Source: Blasia pusilla
Lineage: Eukaryota
Length of the DNA: 64,000 nucleotides
Assembly (NCBI GenBank): GCA_050084515.1
Contig: CM114271.1
Location: forward strand, 35,588,001 to 35,652,000
Direction of reading: 5' to 3'
In this document: one piece after another, positions 38,139 to 53,683 of the stretch
Position numbering within the stretch: position 1 is the first letter of the stretch
Layout: the number at the start of each line of letters is the position of its first letter
Position numbers and translations under genes: made by a program
The notes under the pieces: generated by a model
Databases searched by the model: none
The model's input: only the letters and a program-made list of their open reading frames with translations
What the model was told of the DNA's origin: nothing

Positions 38139-38319
38139 CATGTTCAAGCGCCATGATTGTTTGTAGTTTTTTCCTTTTTTGGAAAATAAAATAAAATTTG
38201 TTGATAATTTTTTGGGGGATTGTAAAAAATTAGCATACAAGATGCAAAACAAATACATCATTTGATATTGGAAATGAGAGAAAAAACTTGAAATTCTCAA
38301 AATTTCTTTTACAAGGACA

Positions 38320-38670
38320 TATGCAAGATTGCACGAAAACAGACAAGTTCGTCCATGGGACGGACATATCCTCACATATGCCAGCCCGCACACGAGCTTG
38401 CCCGAAGCCCGCCCCACAACCCACCACCTAGTCCTAGGTTGACGAAGCCCGCACCCATTGCATGGCCCGCATGGCGGGCTGGGGGAGGGCAGGCGCCAGC
38501 TCGTGGCGGGCTGGCGCACGCTCCAGGCTTGTAGGATGTGGTCCTCAAGAACCAAGTCCGTGTGGTCAGGGGATGGGCCTTGGGCAAGCACGGGCTCATG
38601 GCGGGCTCGGAGTGAGCTGGGTTGGGCTGGGGTGTGCCTTTTTCATAGCTCCTTGTATTGTACATGTGAA
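38320..38670. repeat. GC-rich MITE-like repeat related to 21444-21892
   Basis: Begins TTGCACGAAAACAGACAAGTTCGTCCATGGGACGGAC, similar to the terminal region of the 21.4-21.9 kb element. Rich in GCCC/GGGC and set in AT-rich DNA. Confidence 0.4.
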
Positions 38671-39936
38671 GGCATGTCATCTATGGAGCTACGACATCTT
38701 GTGCTCCACAAAGTCTCCTCTTTGTAGACTTGTTTGGTGAATGGGCTTGATCAAATCTTCTATAATTTTAGCTCCATTGCGATGGGATATAGTTTGCTAC
38801 TAGACAAAAGTGATAATTAGAACTATGAAAAAGATTCTATAACCAACTTCAAATAAAGCAAAAATTTGTTCAAAGATTGGCACTACCAGAAATATTCCAT
38901 AACCAACTTTGAATATTGAATATTTACTTTTAGGAGTGTTGACAATCCTAGATTACCAAGCTTGTGTGTTAAGGATGCATCATGATTGCATGGATCCGCT
39001 TGTCAATGTTGACAGCCATCACATTGACTACCACTCAAAAGTATACATGAAAATTTTCCTTTGCTCATATTTGAAAATCCCCTTTGAATCCATAGCTATT
39101 CAAAACACAAAAATACATTTTTTATATCAATTTGCAATTATGGAGGGCTACAAAAAATATGTGGCTTTTGACAACCAAAATGTTTTGCAAAACTAAATTT
39201 TTTGGCCATGGAGGGCTGCAAATTTTTTGAGGATCTCCATAACATCTTGTTTCTGTCACAAACCAACTTCTTTTTGTGGTTCTCCGCAACCACAAAAATT
39301 GCAAATTTGTTGGACTCTTCAAAATTACTTTTAAGAAAGTCACATTGCATCATGATAGGTGTACAAAAACCACACTGATATGCGTAAAAGCCATGGGAAG
39401 AGGTGCATTTGTGTAGCCAAACCATATCATCTCATACCTAAAACTAAAAATGATAAATGGCATAAGTTGTATAAACTTGTGAAGCATCAAAACACTGTGT
39501 TTCGTTGGTCTTGACTCTTGACAAGCCCCTCATATCGGATTACTCTTCACATCCTTGTGGCTATGAGACTTTCTCACAACTCCCATGTGAGTCATGACTA
39601 ATATCATGTTTCGATGCTTGAACTACTAAGACTTCTTTAAGTCTACCTTGTCTTGCAACTAGCTAGTTTAGGTTCCACCTTAGTATTGTTGCCAAGATTT
39701 GATCTCTTTTCATTTGTGATCATGACTTGCTTCCTAGTCCCCAATTAGATGAGTGTTTAAGACTTACAAATTTAGTATGACAACTATTATGCCCAAATCC
39801 CCAACTTGTCTCTACCTTAAAATTTAATTTGGTTAAGGTATGAGGTGAATATTGGAGGAAATATTTGAACGAGTGTTATGTATTGACAAGTGTAGACTAT
39901 ATAAATTGTTTAAATTCTATACATAAAGACAATTTG

Positions 39937-40112
39937 TCTCTTATATTATATATTAAAATAGGACAGGGTTTGGGAAGCCCTCCTCTGCTGTTGACACGTA
40001 AGCTTTTTTAAGTCTCCCCATATTGACACGTGTACAAGAGCATTTAACTAAGTGCTAACAAGAAGAACTAAAGAATTTTTTTCACCTGCGCATCGCGCGG
40101 GCAAGATGCTAG
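39937..40112 (+). mobile_element. Non-autonomous mini-Helitron, about 175 bp
   Basis: The 5' end TCTCTTATATTATATATTAAAATAGG is approximate. The 3' end has hairpin CCTGCGC-ATC-GCGCGGG (40085-40101), then CTAG|T at 40109-40112. Confidence 0.65.
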
Positions 40113-40439
40113 TAACATATAGGAAACACTTATTATCACAACTCTTCTCGCTATCATATGCTCCTAGGAGCTTTAAAGGGTTACTCTAATTTTTCTTTTG
40201 AGGTTGGTGATGAACCAACCTCCTACAAAAGTTGGAGTGACCCTCCTAAAGACATATATGAGCAATTTTTTTCCTACTTTTTTTTTTTGCAGTCGGACCA
40301 CATCGTGACTGAAAATAACCACACCTTTGTGGTTAGGAGAAACCTGAATCTCTTAGATGTCTAAACAGAATCTAACAAAACGGATAATTCATGTAATGTG
40401 GTAGAGTGGCTTGAAAGTATATTTGGTAGTTAGTTGAAA

Positions 40440-40635
40440 TCTATATTATTATTGGAGTGTGCCTCTTCATTTTGCAAGCTCCTCTCCTCTTGACAATTGG
40501 AATTTTCAACCAATGGGATCGCTCGCTTTATAAGCCAATAAGATTTCTCAAAACTAATTTAAATGATATTTGAGAATTATGAGATTTAGTTAGGAAATGT
40601 ATTATAAATATGCGCATCGCACAAGTTTATACTAG
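40440..40635 (+). mobile_element. Non-autonomous mini-Helitron, 196 bp, followed directly by a second 5' end
   Basis: A|TCTATATTATTATTGGAGTGTGCC...TGCGCATCGCACAAGTTTATACTAG, then immediately TCTATATTGTTGGAGAGTGTC at 40636. Confidence 0.65.
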
Positions 40636-42782
40636 TCTATATTGTTGGAGAGTGTCTTCTTGATTTGCAAACACTTGTCTGATTAACAAGTGACAACAAG
40701 AAAATAATTTCCAAAAAAAATAATTTTGAATTTCTGTAAGCATTAGTCCCTTCACTCCCGTGCATGGCAAGTTGTAAACGCGTTCTCTTCTATAGGAGAA
40801 GTCCTCCAATCCTAAATTCTTCCCCCTCTACAACCAACAAGTTCATTCTAACACAAAGTTCTCTTGATGTGGATACCAATGCATGTGGCTCTCTTGGGCT
40901 ACACGTTAGGCGGCATGCTCGATCATTCGGATGGTGAGAGGCTGCCGTATAATAGGGCTTATCCTGATTATCTGTTGGAATCCATAGGCAGGAAAATGGA
41001 TCGAGACCCTCAATATTCGGATGCTACAATGCATTTACGGCATCATTGCTTCCATCGACACCACCACCCCTCCCCGCTATGTCGAGCGGAGAATGTGGTA
41101 GGTCCCATGATTCTCTCTTTATTATTTTTGTCATGAGTCCTGACTTGTGAATTGCACAGTCGAAGTCGACAATTTTTCTTTTTTTTTCGAAATAAACAAT
41201 GCTTCCACGAACAGTCTAGGAAAAAAAAAAAAAAACTCTTCAGAGAGTAGGCCTAGTTTGGGAACCCTGCTCGTCACTCTTGCACGAGTCTTGACCATGG
41301 TGGAAATCTGCGTCGCTCAGCAAGGGACACCGCGACAAAGGGGCTCACATCCTCTACCAAGCTCTACCTAACCCAACAAACCCCCTCCATCAAGATCGAT
41401 TGACTTGTTACTAAAATTAGAGTAGAGTGGAGACACCTACGATCATTCTTCGTTTAAATTATTATTAGATTTATATAAGAAAATAAGACAGAAAAGTAAC
41501 ATATTTTTAATGTTTTCAAATTTTTGGTTTTTTATGGATGTAAAATTTGAAAGAGGGAAAGAAATATTTTTGGAATTAGAGGGGAAGTGTTTGTAGAGAA
41601 AATTTATTTCATTCTGCTATAAAGCGCCCAAGTGGAGTTTTCTTTTAAGGGGATAGTGAGGTGTTTATTAAGGGGATTAGTAAGTAGTTCATAGGTGCAA
41701 AGTATGGTCTCTTTTTTAGTAACTCTCAATTTTTTGACTGCAAAAATGAATTACAAATTTACTTTTTAAAACACATGTTGGAAGGAGGACATAATTGACA
41801 CCAAGTATGAGGTGTTGCTTGTGAAATAACCATTCCTTACTAATATAGATTACTACTTCTCCTTTAAGAAGGAAAAGTTGATGCTGATAAAAAATTGGAA
41901 AATTATTTTATAATGATATATTTATTAACCGTTTAAAGTATCCAAATTCTTTACATAAAAGAAGTTTTATGAATCAAACCTTTTCCTAGGTACCATGAGC
42001 ATGTTGACTATTTGCATGAATAGTTGTCCTTTGTCTAGATCATTTCCGTCTTTTTGCCTTAGTTTCCCAATTCTGTTTGTCTTGAGCTAGAATTCCTTTC
42101 TCCTTTTGTCAAAAGCATTTTCTCTCTTGCATTTGAAATTTTGGGAAATTAGACATGGCTGCAAGGGTAGAATTATTGAAACTCATGTTCCTTTGGTAAC
42201 AAGGATTCTAATGACGAAGAGTATATACGCCTTACAAGTGGAGTGTACTCACGTCTTTTTAATTTCTTTTAAATTTTGTAAGAAAGAAATGATTTAAATT
42301 ACTAGTAAGGTGCCAATGCGATTTAGGATGGATATTTAATAATTTCACCATTTTTTGCACTAAAATGGGTCATCATTCCAACATATATATATATTTAGGG
42401 GATCTTTTCATTAGGATAAACATCGGGAAAGGCAATCCTCCCATTAGAAAATGGTTAAAAGGACAAATTAAAAAATATTTTCAAGGAATTGCTTGAACGG
42501 TTCCATGGACTTTTGTCACTTTGGAGGACGCTTGCCTCTATATTATTTTTCTCATAAGGTCGTGCAGGCATAGGTGAATGTGACTAGTTTGTCTGTAGGG
42601 GCATATTTGATTGCAACAAATTCCTTTCGAGTCATAGAGTTTGAAAAGTCTTATATGGTACGCACGTTCTCCTTGGCATGAGACAATTATTTCATGTGGC
42701 CCATATAGAGGAGTGAGGAAATGAACATTTTAGTGGATCTTGTACTTTCTTGGCTATCTTCTCATCTTGAATATGATATGTC

Positions 42783-42802
42783 ATATATATATATATATAT
42801 AT
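42783..42802. repeat. (AT)n microsatellite
   Basis: About 10 AT units, read directly. Confidence 0.85.
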
Positions 42803-43019
42803 AAATTGATATATGATAGATCACCTACTTTGCCTTCTTGTTCCATACTCTGACTTATGGATCAGTGGAAGGTCTTCTAGGCTCGAGTTCATCAGACGTA
42901 ACCACAACCTTCACATGAACATTCATGCGCTAGAAATTTCTAATTTTTTATTCAATATGGTATTATTTTTGGATAGAAATATGATGGAAATTTCAAAAAA
43001 ATTTATCACATCTTAGTTA

Positions 43020-43918
43020 GCCGACAGGTAGAGTTCTACCGCATCAACGGCATAGAGGAGCACCCGGCTGTTTGGGTGTAACTTTGCCTTGAGATGTCGG
43101 ATGAGGTTGGCAACATGTCCATTGCGTCTGGAACATCGTTTCCAACGATTTTCCTACTTAGGTATTATGAACCTGTGAATCATTGACCGAATCAATAGTC
43201 ACCCGATAATTTGTGCACACAGGTTACCGTTTGGAGGTTATTTTTGGGGAAAGAGCCTTTTGGTTCTTCCCAAGGCTATAAGAGAAGGGGAGATGACTTT
43301 CCCAAGCCATCTTTCTCATGTTGGGCCTTAACAACATCTCTCTTGCTTGTATATGTAGAAACTAGGGTGCTAGCATCCGGATCCCCTCATAGCGAAGGAT
43401 GGATGTGGCTTGATATGTTGATGTAGATTTAGGAGTGGAGTTGTAGGCGGGATGAGCCACTTTTACCGGTGTAGTTTGTAGGACGTAGTGGTGGTCGACC
43501 ATGTGACGATACGATGACCACATTGGCAACATGCACAGGTGGTGTTAGCTGACCACGAGAGTTGTTGGAGGGGACGCACATGCGGAGGACATTCTCATAG
43601 CAGATAGTCCAAGGGAGAGACATGCCAGGGTGTGTGTCTCTTCCCATGGTGCGGAGACTGCTTTATTGTTGTTGGGTAAGAGCGTTGAGTTGCAGAGGAG
43701 TGAAGACGAGCTTGTGAGGCCGACGTTGAGCCGTATCTGGGTCCTGGAGCAGACATAGTCAGGTGAATCCAACTCCTCCGCCTATAGTATTCTCCTTTCC
43801 AACTACTTTGTATTTCGTTTATGGGTGGATCAACCCGTGTGTTGGGAAGATCGGTGTTGTGTCGTGTGTAGATGTGATGAGCGATGTGGATTGTGTGGTG
43901 ATGTGTATGCGCACGACA
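43020..43918 (+). mobile_element. Possible truncated LTR-like fragment
   Basis: Higher-GC non-coding island with a TATA-like GGCTATAAGAGAAGGGG (~43274) and an LTR-like end GCGCACGACA at 43918. No matching 5' end or TSD found. Confidence 0.25.
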
Positions 43919-45242
43919 AATCAAAATTTTCTTTGAAAAAAATGAATTTTGATTTCTTGAATATTTTCTATTTTAGTCCCCAAAATCATGATTCAAAGGG
44001 TAAGAAGATTTGGTAGATTACTAAATTTAGATGCTATGATAGTTATTGGAGAAGTAGCAATATATAAAAAGTGGTCAAAGGGTAGAAAATTTAGGGATTT
44101 GACAAAAGAGGAGAAAACACATAAACTATGAAAGATTGAAAAGTCATCCAAACTCTAACATGGTTCCAAGATTACCATAATCCACATCTTGTAGTTCTTA
44201 TTCAAAAGTCTTTCCTTCTTTTACATTTGGTCAAGCAAGGTAGCTATGTAGATAAACGTAAATATAGAATACTAGAGCATATACATAGATATATTTGGAG
44301 AATGTTTGAACCTAGTTTGAGTGTCTATACGTGCTTTGTCTCCTTCATTAGTGATTTCTCTAAGATACCATGGGTATAATTTTAAAAGCCTTACAATAAT
44401 CTTGTTGAGAAGAAATGAGTACTTCATATTCTCAAATTAAGATTATATGTAGGGGGGAAGTTTTTTTGTTGTAGGTTTCACTTCTTTTATAACAACCTGG
44501 CATCTAAAGGTGTACATAAGTTACTTACAATTATTTTCCAGAGAAAACTAGCATGAGAGATAAAGCCTTTGGAGAGTGAAGGAGGTAGCAACTTCCTTCC
44601 TATTTAGAGAGGGGAGGTTTGAAGTCTATGGGATCCCTCCCTCTCTCTCTTTGAGAAAAGTCTCTTTCTTTTTTATAGAGGGCTATAAAAAATAGTTCTT
44701 AAATAATAAGGAGATTTTAGAAATCGCACCAGTTTAGGATATGAGCTCTCCCATGGAGTGTAAATTTTGAGAGTACCTATCATAGTGTGGTACTAAAAGT
44801 TGGTGTGATATCTTAAATCTCACTATTATTTGATGACTTTTTTTTTCATAGCCGTTCATAGAATTCACACTAGTTTGACGAAGAGAGATTTTTTATTTTT
44901 GTTCATATATGAATTCACCCATAATTGAGTTCATTGTACCTATAGTAACGCACCTACATGAATGATTCTTTTCCTATTTGTTGTTGGAGTGCCCAGAGGT
45001 TGCAAAAGTGCAAAACTTACAAAAGGTATACATACGAGCAAATATACCACAAAGGTTGCCACATAGAGCTATGGACGACTTGAAAAAAAAATTCATGAGG
45101 TCATATCATTGAAATTCTTTCACAAAAGTCCAAGCTAAGATTAAAAAATAGGTCGAATATGGAATGAGAAGAACATATACCGATCCCCTCTAATTGTTCA
45201 AGGCTTCCAACCCTAGTGAACATTTTCCTTTGTTAGGAAGAA

Positions 45243-45423
45243 TTTACATTATTATGGGAGAGTGCCCTTATTTGGGGTGCCTTCCCTTATGGTAACACCG
45301 GTCTTTTTCGGCCTCTCATTGATTGAAAGGTGTTGTTCTTCCCACTAACCTCCTTTGAAACACGAGCCTTTGTCTTCTCTAGCTAATTTTCATTCACCCG
45401 CGCACAGCACGGGCACACTCTAA
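45243..45423 (+). mobile_element. Degenerate mini-Helitron about 540 bp upstream of UFM1
   Basis: The 5' end TTTACATTATTATGGGAGAGTGCC resembles the 40440 and 40636 heads. The 3' end has hairpin CCCGCGC-ACA-GCACGGG (45397-45413), then CTAA (fits CTRR). Confidence 0.55.
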
Positions 45424-45960
45424 AAATGATGTATTTGAAAAGCAGTATTTGCTCAACCCACCTTGGAAAAGTCACTTGCACAAGAGATATAGTGTTTACT
45501 TCTATTCCAAATAAACCTCTCTATCACTAAGAAATTTCTAGAAATGGAGCAAAATGAAGAGTCTATGGAACTAGTGTCTCTTTCTTGCTCCATGGATTCC
45601 CACACTAGTGTTTCTTTCTTTCTTTCTCCATGGATTTCTCCAGCGCGTCTTTTCCGTCCATCAGTGTTTTCGCGGTGCCTTTTCCGTTTCCCGCACATGC
45701 CATGAGATTCCTGTCACGGAGCGCCGAACCGCATCGATTTGACGCTCTTGTTTTTCACGGCCTCAAGGCGAGGACGGCGACCCGCTCGCGTTGTGTTGCG
45801 TCGTTTGATTCGTTTGATTGTGAGGGGAATTGATCTCTTTTTGTTTTGATTGGGGAGCACCTCAAAGCGATCGCAGAGCGTTCTCTTTCTTTCGGTCTCC
45901 TCGTGCGCGTCGCCTTCTCCCGTCTTCTCCGAGTTTTCGCTCCCCGATCGGCCTGACACC

Positions 45961-48547
<2,587 letters not shown>

Positions 48548-49542
48548 TGCAAGTCAAAACATCGCTCCATGAAGAACTTGATGTTTGTAGAGTTTAGTAT
48601 GGAATTTGCAAGGGTCATGAAACTGTACGAACACAATTGTATTTAAGCTCTTGTTGAGATGAAAAATCTTCTTCATGCGGCAGTATTAGTTGGAGCAAGT
48701 AAATGACAAGTTTCTGGCCATCGTGCTTGCTGGGATAATTGTGACCTTCTTTAATGTGATGTTTTCAAACAGAGAAGAGGCTTTCAGAGTCTTTCAAGCG
48801 GAAGTATGCATTAATTTTCTACAGATCAGAACGAAATTCAGTTGACCTGAAAGTTTATTACAGGGGAATGAAAAGGCCCGGTTTGCAAACCCATCATTAC
48901 CTTGGTGAAATACCCTGCAGAAACCCAAACACGTTCTGCAGAGGAATGGAACATAGAACATGGTTTGCTATTGGCATGGACAGTGTGATAGTGATGATAG
49001 AAAACCATTTGGACAAGCAACTTTCAGAAGATTGAGAACTCTCGTAATCAAGGCCTTAACCATCCATGTAGGGCTACTTTTTACTAAAGGTTCACCGCAT
49101 TCTGACAATTTTTTACTTGCAAAAATGATTTTGGAAGGTCCGCTTACAAATTTCTTTGGGTGCAAAAGAGAGACTTGAAAAAAACTCTTTTACTACCACC
49201 TCATCTTCATTGCACATTTTTCTTAATGTAGGTCCACATGAGAAATCTATGCTGTCATCACGGCTTTCAGGATCAAATTGAACCCTCATGAATCTTGGCA
49301 TGCTGGTTATTGCAGGAAAGTGGGATCTCCCATCAATACCCATTGAATAGAGTCGTCCTGAGGAAATTTCTGAAGGGTGAGGACCACTTGAACTGGAATG
49401 TCAAAAATTACATTTCAGTTCAGCAACAAATTCTTCTCTGCAATGCGTGATGGCACATGATGTTGGAATCGTCGCCAGCTCCCCTCAACAAGAATCGTAT
49501 CAGCAATTAGAGTCTACCCACTGTATGATCAAAATTGGCGCC

Positions 49543-52500
49543 TCAAGCATCCTTCTTCTGACTTTTCTTGCCAGATGCTTTCACTCTTGAGTAAGCAAAC
49601 ACTCCAGACAAGGCAATTCCAGTTCCTGTACAGCCACAAAGAAAGTCAAATAAAAATGCCATGAACTTCAGGTTAATGTTGCCAAGATCAATGTCATTGC
49701 ATACGCAATTTGGTGTCACAAGACAGAGATGAGAGAGAGGCGAAGCAGATGAAACATTACCCAAGGCGTTGATAGGAGAAACAGGAGTCTTGAAGAAAAG
49801 GACTGATGTTACAATAACCACCACTCGCTTCACACAGTTACCCACTGAGTGTGTGACTGGGTTCACCTTTTGCAAGATCATGTAGGAAACCTGTACATGT
49901 TGCGAAATGTTATACATTACAAACATGTTCCTTCCAGGGAGAGAAATTCAAACACATACCAAAGTTCGTCATGTTTATTATATCAAGCCACTTATAGGTT
50001 TCATGAACAAGGTGCACACTTGAAAAAAGTAATAATCATATTTGCATCTCTTTAAGGGTTCCCACACCAGCTCGAGGAAAGTGACCCACTTTGGAAGGAT
50101 TTCATGTGATCCACTTTCGAAGAAGTCCTTCATTATGATGTGTGACTCTACTTCATCTACGAAACCAATAGTGTTCCACATACGTACTGTAGGGTGCATT
50201 TTGATAGACACTGGCAATAACATGATGAAAGATCTAAGCAAGTCATCCAAGAAAGTGTTGAGAGGAAAGACGAATTGGGGATCTCGGAACTTGCCTGCTG
50301 ATAGGAATGGAAGCAAACTCCTGCTAGCAGAGCTCTCATCGCAATCACGTTCACATCCAAACCCTGCCACAGAAGTCACAGGCTAAGCATATGCTTCAAC
50401 TAAGCAGATACTTCCCACAGAATCAGCCCCTGCCACATTTAACAGGCAATGGCCCATTCACAATCTCTATGACATCGTCCACTCCCAATCACGAGTAAAA
50501 ACATATGCTCAAGCTATCTTCCTACACATTTCAGAGACTTACTGCTGCTTGTATGGCTGCAGGCGTAAATTTGATTCCTTCCAAGAACAATGTGACAGGT
50601 GCCAAGAGGAACAAAGACATGATGGTGATGACAGAAAACAGATTGATGTTGTCCAAAGTGTTGCCCTGCACAAGCAAAAAGTTTGAGCAGTCGAAGTTTC
50701 TGGTTGGTTCAAGGTACTGAATAGATACTTCCGGATTGCAAGGAAGACCCACACATTTTGAAGACCCAGCAATCTTAACACACATTATTATCCAACAAAG
50801 ACATTTGACCAGTGAATCTTACTACTGTAGCGAAGTTTCTCACAGATTTTTGCATATTTGGAGATTGCATCACTTACATCTTTCTTAATCATGAGCTTCT
50901 TGCTCAAGACATTTCGTGATTGAAATGTCACATTAGAAGCCATTGCACTCAGGAATCCTACCCTGCAAAGACCATATACACTTTGTCAGCAATGGGTGTT
51001 GAATTCATGAGTCCGTGAGAAACAAACACATCAATCATCTAGAAAACTAGCTCTGGTTTTGCCGTCAAAGAAACCACTTGAACGACTAGTGCTGGTCAAT
51101 GATTTGTAACAAAGACAATTTCACAACAATCAGTATGATCCATGAGAAACCATTGGAAACGAAAGTCAACAATAAACAAACTCCCCTAAAGAGTTCTGCG
51201 AGATTTATTCATGAACCTAGCAGATCTAGGATATCCATCACACCATAGACCCTCGCATGGGAGTCTGCTAGAAATAAGAACAGGGATCTTGCTAGTAGTT
51301 ATGAGTGAGAAAAAACCAACTGATTCCTGAGTAAATCACTCTAACTAGTCGAGCAGATTGTAGTGCACTTCAAAACAGGCTGGTCAGAGATGAATCTGCA
51401 TCTTTGGAAGGTGGAGGATTAATGAAGAAGCACCATTACATACACCACACAGTGGGTGACATTGGAAAGGACTTGAGTGTTGAGTGTCCTATTTGCCATG
51501 AAAAGGTATCTTGAATTACCAGTTGAACGAGACTTCTGTCATGGACGCAAGAGCCACTCCGCTCACGATTGGTAACAGGGAAGCAATCACCCACGGGTTT
51601 GGAACCTGCACGTTCACAAATTTTATCGATCCCAACCCCAACCGAAAAATGAACGTCGACATACTACATAGATACCAGGAAATTTTCCTATTCCTATATT
51701 CACAGCAGTCCTAGACCCTGAAGTGTTCTGCTTTCACATAGAGGAGCATGCTTCTGGAGGTCAAGCAAAGTTGCCCCGCTAACAGAAATGACTACAAATG
51801 CAGCAAGTTCTCAAATGGGCAAGGAATACTACAAGAATTTCTTCATGGTCAGACATTCGCTGTGGAACAAACAACTTATATTGGATAATCAAGATACTTC
51901 ACGGTATGAGACTGGCTTATAAGACGACACATTTGATTGCAACTTGGTGATGATTCAAACCTCGCCCAAGAACATTGCTGACAGGATCACGGAAAAGAAG
52001 GGTTCCATAGCTTTGATAGTATGCGTAAACGAGACAGCCACTTTGCCTAGACTCATGTTGGTGAATGTGTTGCCGAGAGTGTGAACAATTGCTAGTGGTA
52101 ATACAGCGATCAGCTGCATGTGAAAACACCCCCAATGTCAGTCAACTGCAAGGGTCTTGCTGCCATGCAATCCTCGACTAATAAGAACCCAAGACTTGAC
52201 TGCATCTCAGCTCCCATGACCATCAATGCCTCTTGCTTTCCTTTCACAATGAGCAGATAAAAATTCAGCCGGAAGATTGCTTTCTAAACATCGTTTCTGA
52301 AGTGTTTTTTTCCATATCTGCTGTAGTTAGTGTTCAGCTAACCCCAACGATCGAGTACCTCCGACCCAAGAATATCGATTGAACTCTAGAAGAGGCACTA
52401 CTCTGCATGTGCTCTTGACAAACTGGCTCCACAATGCACATCCCCTTAGAATTCACTACACAAGACTGCTCTGCTCCAAACAAATGAGACCTTATGACTA

Positions 52501-53639
52501 GAGTGATGCCTGCGCACTGGAACGACATTGCTCTGCCAAAAGTGACATGAAAACAAACCAAACAAAGCCAAAACTACACACACCGACCAGTGGCGATGGG
52601 AGCTTTCGCCGCTACAAAAGCTGCAAGTGTCCTCTACTGCAGACCAGAAAACCAATTCCCTTTCATTACAGATGAAAAGTGCAGAGAACTCACCTGAGAC
52701 GACGTTATTTTGGGTCGTTTGTGTAGGCCTGTCAACCACATGAGCGAGACTATTACTGATCCCACAGCGAATTGCAAGTTTGTCATCGACAATGGAAACG
52801 TGTACACTTTCAAGACCTGTCCACAACCACCAGGGGATTCCAAGGATATGGAATTCGTCAAAACCGACCACACTCACTCTTCCAGTGTACATTCTAAGCG
52901 TTCTCTTCCTCCTGCCTCCATTCAACCTGCTCAATCAGCGAATCATCGCAGCAGCAAAGTTTGCAGTCCAACCTGCCATTTCCTCCCTCTTGCAAAGCAC
53001 TCCAAATCGGCGGGAATGGTGGAGGTTGATCGAGCACTCTACAGGACTCCCTCATCGCCCCCTTGGGGACTCGACAATCTCCCAAAATCTCTTGGAATGG
53101 CTTTCGCGAGGCATTCCAAGAGATGCTGAGTATGAACCCACTTCGAAGAGCCCCTCACCTACCTACAGTTTTCTTGGTTCACGGTTTTATTTCATCCCTC
53201 TGGAGACGCAGAGCCGAAATCTTGACAAGCGGATGGGTGGACAGATGGGTGGAGGCCGATCGTGGGGGCGACGCCAGAGTGAAAGTGGTAGCAGTCAGGC
53301 CGCGAGGCCATGTCCTTCGATTCTTTCCTGTTGCGCATGCGCAGCTTACCTCAAGATTGCACCTGCCCAATGCCGATTGCCAGGCTCGCATCCTGGAGAC
53401 ACGAAGCTTTCCGTCCGTCCGGACCCCATGGCTGAGGGGAGAGGAATTGCGCCGCGGTGAGCATGGAAACAAGACAGGGCGAGTGCCCTGAATCCAAATG
53501 TGAACCCGAAGCGAGCGTCTGGCTCTCCGCTACCGCTACTTCGGAGGGAGAATCCATGGCACTGGGGAGCTATCTGTTCTCAAGACGACTCCCGCCCGGC
53601 TTTCACCCCTTGTGAATTGTGATCTTGGAATTACGGAAG

Positions 53640-53683
<44 letters not shown>

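Noticed and set aside
52780..53460. 226-aa plus-strand ORF
   Set aside because: Antisense to PPT intron 1 and exon 2; no recognisable protein features.
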